Positions 60,716-64,000 of a stretch of 64,000 bases of DNA are shown here, piece by piece. A program made the translations under genes and the position numbers. The notes beneath the pieces are model-generated. The model was not told the origin of the DNA, made no database searches, and saw only the letters and a list, made by a program, of their open reading frames with translations. The stretch is from positions 28,329 to 92,328 of the forward strand of contig JAVVFY010000003.1 in NCBI GenBank assembly GCA_032249395.1. The letters run 5' to 3'. Source of the stretch: Candidatus Aenigmatarchaeota archaeon. GTDB lineage: Archaea > Aenigmatarchaeota > Aenigmatarchaeia > CG10238-14 > SpSt-28. How positions within the stretch are numbered: the stretch's first letter is position 1; each line of letters starts with the position of its first letter.

Positions 60716-61990
60716 ATGAGAATTTATTCCAACCAACTAAAGGAGAATGAAGGCAAAAAGGTTTTATTAAAAGGTTGGGTTCACGATTTTAGGCTTATTG
60801 GCAAATTAAATTTCATAATATTGAGAGATTATGGTGGATTAGCTCAAATAGTTTTGAAAGAAGAAAAATTTAAAGAGATAGCTAAAAGTTTGCATTTAGA
60901 AGATGTAATAGAGGTTGAAGGAACAGTAAAAAAATCTAGATCAGAGAAATTTGAGTTTGAGGTTGAAGCAGAAAGAATAAACATAATAAATAGATCTGAG
61001 CCTCAATTACCTTTAGACCCAAGAGAAGTAACAAAAACTAATTTGGAAACAAGGCTAGACTGGAGATTTCTATATTTCAGAACTCAAGAAGGAAGAGCAA
61101 TTTTTAAGATCCAAACTGAAATATTAAAATCCTTTAGGGAACATTTCTTGAAAAAGGGATTTATAGAAATGCAGCCTCCTATAATAATTGCCTCAGCTAG
61201 TGAAGGTGGTGCTGAGCTTTTTGAATTACCGTACTTCGAGAAAAAAGCATATCTTGCCCAGTCTCCTCAATTATACAAGCAAATGGGTGCTATATCATTC
61301 GAAAAGGTTTTCATGATAGTTCCAGTTTTTAGAGCAGAAAAGTTCGATCAACCAACCCACTTGAATGAAATAAGACAAATGGATATAGAAATGGCTTTTG
61401 CTGATGATGAAGCAGTGATAAAAGAGTTGGAAGAAGTTTTCGTTTATATTTTAAAAAGTGTTAAAGAAAATTGCAAAGAGGAACTTAAAATTTTAAATCA
61501 AGAGCTTAAAATTCCTGAATTGCCATTAAAAAGAGTGAAATATGAAGAGGCAATAGATGCTCTTAGAAAAATGGGAGAAAAAATAGAGTTTGGAGAAGAT
61601 TTTTCTAAGTCGCAAGAAAAGAAACTAGCTGAAGTTTTTGGAGAAGCCTTTATACTAAAAGATTGGCCGGAAGAGCTAAAGCCATTTTATGCTATGCCAA
61701 AAGAAGATAACCCTAAAATAGTTAAGGCTTTTGATTTAATATATAAAGGTTTGGAAATATCCTCTGGAACGCAAAGAATACATTTATCGAATGTTTTAGA
61801 AGAAAGAATAAGAAAAAAAGGATTGAACCCTAAAGATTTCGAGTATTACATAAACGCTTTTAAGTATGGTGCTCCTCCGCATGCTGGCTGGAGCATTGGA
61901 TTAGAAAGATTAACGATGAAAATTTGTGGTAAAGAAAACATACAAGAAGTAACTATGTTCCCAAGAACAAGAACTAGAATATATCCATGA
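60716..61990 (+). CDS. aspS: Aspartyl-tRNA synthetase (archaeal type)
   Basis: The motifs QSPQLYKQ, FRAEK and GAPPHAGWSIGLERL are present. Confidence 0.9.
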   Translation: MRIYSNQLKENEGKKVLLKGWVHDFRLIGKLNFIILRDYGGLAQIVLKEEKFKEIAKSLHLEDVIEVEGTVKKSRSEKFEFEVEAERINIINRSEPQLPLDPREVTKTNLETRLDWRFLYFRTQEGRAIFKIQTEILKSFREHFLKKGFIEMQPPIIIASASEGGAELFELPYFEKKAYLAQSPQLYKQMGAISFEKVFMIVPVFRAEKFDQPTHLNEIRQMDIEMAFADDEAVIKELEEVFVYILKSVKENCKEELKILNQELKIPELPLKRVKYEEAIDALRKMGEKIEFGEDFSKSQEKKLAEVFGEAFILKDWPEELKPFYAMPKEDNPKIVKAFDLIYKGLEISSGTQRIHLSNVLEERIRKKGLNPKDFEYYINAFKYGAPPHAGWSIGLERLTMKICGKENIQEVTMFPRTRTRIYP

Positions 61991-62005
61991 AATTAAATTT
62001 TAATA

Positions 62006-62773
62006 ATGATTGAGAAAAATGGAAAATTTGTTAGAATTTTGGAATGCGATAAACTATTTGTTGTTGGAGATATTCATGGTGATTTAGAGGTTTTTGAAAA
62101 AATAAAAAATGTTTTTAAGAAAGAATTAGAGAAAGATTCAAAAGTATGTTTAGTTTTCCTTGGAGATTATGCCGATAGAGGAGACTTTGGCTTAGAAGTT
62201 ATAGAAGGATTAAAAGAGTTAATAAGAGAATATAGGGAAAATGTAATAGCGTTAAAAGGGAATCATGAAGATTATGATGATGAAGGTAACCCAAACTTTA
62301 GACCTTGTGATTTAAAGTATGAAGTGGTTAGTAAAAGAGGGGTTTGGTATGATTACTTTAAAGAGCAACTACAACCATTCTTCAATTCTTTGTTTATTGC
62401 AGCAAAATACAATTCCTTTTTGTTTGTTCATGGTGGTATATCATCTAAAATAAAAAGTGAAGAAAGCTTAGCATATCCTGATAAAAAAATTGAAGAAGAT
62501 GTACTATGGAGCGATCCTTTTGAAGGTTATGGAGAATATCCTAATCCAAGAGGTGCTGGAGTTTTATTTGGAAAAGATATTACAGATAAGGTTTTGAATT
62601 CCTTATCAGTTGATAAATTAATAAGAAGCCATCAACCTCAAAAGGCAATGGATGGTATTTATGAGGAGCATGATGGCAAAGTTTTAACAATTAATTCAAC
62701 TCGCGTTTATGGTGGTAAGCCTATAATTTTAGAAATCTCCAATGATAAAATAAAAGCTAAACGTATTTTATGA
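62006..62773 (+). CDS. PPP-family metallophosphoesterase (Ser/Thr phosphatase-like)
   Basis: The motifs GDIHGD, GDYADRG, GNHE and VHGG are present. Confidence 0.8.
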   Translation: MIEKNGKFVRILECDKLFVVGDIHGDLEVFEKIKNVFKKELEKDSKVCLVFLGDYADRGDFGLEVIEGLKELIREYRENVIALKGNHEDYDDEGNPNFRPCDLKYEVVSKRGVWYDYFKEQLQPFFNSLFIAAKYNSFLFVHGGISSKIKSEESLAYPDKKIEEDVLWSDPFEGYGEYPNPRGAGVLFGKDITDKVLNSLSVDKLIRSHQPQKAMDGIYEEHDGKVLTINSTRVYGGKPIILEISNDKIKAKRIL

Positions 62774-63032
62774 ATCCTACCCTTTCAAATTCTTCTAATA
62801 TTGGCTTAAGTCCTCTAATAACATCTTCAGCATTCATTTGAAGCTCTTCTGATAAAATTCTAGCAATTTCTGAAACGCTTCTCCTTCCATCACACAACTT
62901 TAAAATTTCAAAAGCCCATTTCTCTATTCTCCAATATTGCTCTCCATCAAAAGTTGCATATAGGCTTCCGATATGTTCAATTATTTTCAAATTTTCGGCT
63001 TTCTTAGGTCTTTTCAATGCCCATTCTTCCAT
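62757..63032 (-). CDS. PqqD-like small protein
   Basis: FEILKLCDGRRSVSEIARILSEELQMNAEDVIRGLKPILEEFERVGFI resembles the PqqD/RRE fold signature. This is recalled from memory. Confidence 0.45.
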   Translation of the reverse strand: MEEWALKRPKKAENLKIIEHIGSLYATFDGEQYWRIEKWAFEILKLCDGRRSVSEIARILSEELQMNAEDVIRGLKPILEEFERVGFIKYV

Positions 63033-63104
63033 CTTAGATTTTAGAAACTAGCAATATATAGCAATTTTTAAAACGAAAGCTATTTAAAAAAACAATATTA
63101 TTTT

Positions 63105-64000
63105 ATGAGTCTAAAATCAATTTCCACTTTTCTAGCAAGCGTTTTATTAATTGGCTTTACTATTGCTAGTGGAATAATAGTTTATTATTTTTTAACAAAT
63201 TTACCAAAAGTTCAAACTACAGAAATTTCTAGCCAAGCTTCTAAAGTATTAAGCTGTGCAGGAGATACTTTTGATGTTAAAGTAAGAAATTGCAATTTAT
63301 TGAATGGATTAGTATTATGGCTACCAATGGATGAAGGCAGTGGAACAATAACTTATGATTATTCTGGTTATGGAAACAATGGAACATTATATAATGGTAC
63401 TAACATATGTTCTAATCCACCTACTTCTGGTTGTCCAACTTGGGTTGATGGAAAGATTGGAAAAGCTTTGAGTTTTGATGGTAGCGATGATTATGTAACC
63501 ATAGGTAATGTTGGTTCTGGAGTTACAAGTGGTAGTAGTAATGATATAGGTAGTTTATTGGGTAATGGTCCATTTACTGTTACTTTATGGTATAAACCAA
63601 TTTCTAATCCAGGATCTAGTGATTGGGATTTTTTACTTGATCAAAGAGCTGACATTAATTGGGGGGATGGTTTTTATATCCTAAATGATGGTAGACTTTC
63701 AAATAAAATACTATTTGGTGTTGCTGATTCGACATCAAGTGAAAAGACAGTAAATAGCAATACTCAATTACAGGTAAACAATTGGTATCATATTGTTGCT
63801 TTGTATGATGGAAGTGCGATAAGAATCTATGTAAATGGTAACTTCGAAAACTCTGTATCTCAAACAACGAGAAGAAGTAACACAGTAGGAGCAGTCATAG
63901 GTTCTAGATATTCTAAGGATCAAAAATATGTTAACGGTATTATAGACGAGGTCCACATTTACAACAGAGCTTTAAGCGAAGATGAAATTAAACAATTGTA
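63105..64000 (+). CDS. Archaeal pilin-like (class III signal) protein with a LamG/concanavalin-like domain. It is 3'-truncated by the window edge and absent from the ORF track.
   Basis: ATG 63105 opens MSLKSISTFLASVLLIGFTIASGIIVYYF, a short polar head followed by a hydrophobic helix. LamG_3-type motifs follow: LVLWLPMDEGSGT, GKALSFDGSDDYV, FTVTLWYKP, NWYHIVALYDGSAIRIYVNG and IDEVHIYNRALSEDEIKQL. There is no stop before base 64000. Confidence 0.75.
   Translation, partial: MSLKSISTFLASVLLIGFTIASGIIVYYFLTNLPKVQTTEISSQASKVLSCAGDTFDVKVRNCNLLNGLVLWLPMDEGSGTITYDYSGYGNNGTLYNGTNICSNPPTSGCPTWVDGKIGKALSFDGSDDYVTIGNVGSGVTSGSSNDIGSLLGNGPFTVTLWYKPISNPGSSDWDFLLDQRADINWGDGFYILNDGRLSNKILFGVADSTSSEKTVNSNTQLQVNNWYHIVALYDGSAIRIYVNGNFENSVSQTTRRSNTVGAVIGSRYSKDQKYVNGIIDEVHIYNRALSEDEIKQL

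Overview
Strongly AT-rich archaeal sequence (I estimate about 30% G+C by eye). All calls rest on hand translation and motif recognition; no searches were run. The gene content suggests a small-genome, DPANN-like archaeon: split rpoB, S26e, a long multi-unit tRNA-splicing endonuclease, an intron-bearing tRNA and tight gene packing. That taxonomic placement is inference.

The window has two parts.

(1) Positions 1-21204 look empty in the supplied ORF track. They are in fact one uninterrupted minus-strand ORF. It starts at ATG 21204-21202 and is still open at base 1, giving at least 7,068 codons in the window. The ORF finder evidently dropped it because it has no stop inside the window. It encodes a giant secreted or surface protein with these regions:
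- N-terminal hydrophobic segments.
- Ig-like beta-sandwich domains.
- About 950 aa of unique sequence.
- CARDB/DUF11-like domains.
- At least 14 divergent tandem modules of about 310-360 aa. Each module has three parts, is Cys-paired and is dense in N-glycosylation sequons.

Its start overlaps by 8 nt (ATGAGTAA) the stop of a small secreted CARDB-like protein. A divergent coiled-coil/winged-helix regulator lies upstream. A 1.4-kb zone around that regulator carries 10 exact TCGACAG heptamers.

(2) Positions 23.4-64 kb are housekeeping genes.
- Five tRNAs, including a tRNA-Arg(TCT) with a 26-nt anticodon-loop intron plus a second 11-nt insert and a long leader/D-arm hairpin.
- tmk, fen, leuS, proS, aspS, polB and nth.
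- The conserved cluster rpoH-rpoB''-rpoB'/A'-rpoA''-L30e-nusA-S12-S7-EF2-EF1a-S10.

Oddities in this part:
- RpoB' and RpoA' are fused in frame into one 1,429-aa ORF.
- EF-2 carries a 491-aa LAGLIDADG intein in its P-loop.
- Thymidylate kinase has Leu at the Walker-A lysine position.
- There is a PAP2/dolichol-kinase-like fusion.
- There is a free-standing HTH-LAGLIDADG gene.
- A small EF-Tu-domain-II-like gene is frameshifted.
- A second edge-truncated ORF was missed by the track (63105-64000, pilin-like signal plus LamG domain).

I saw no CRISPR array and no rRNA.
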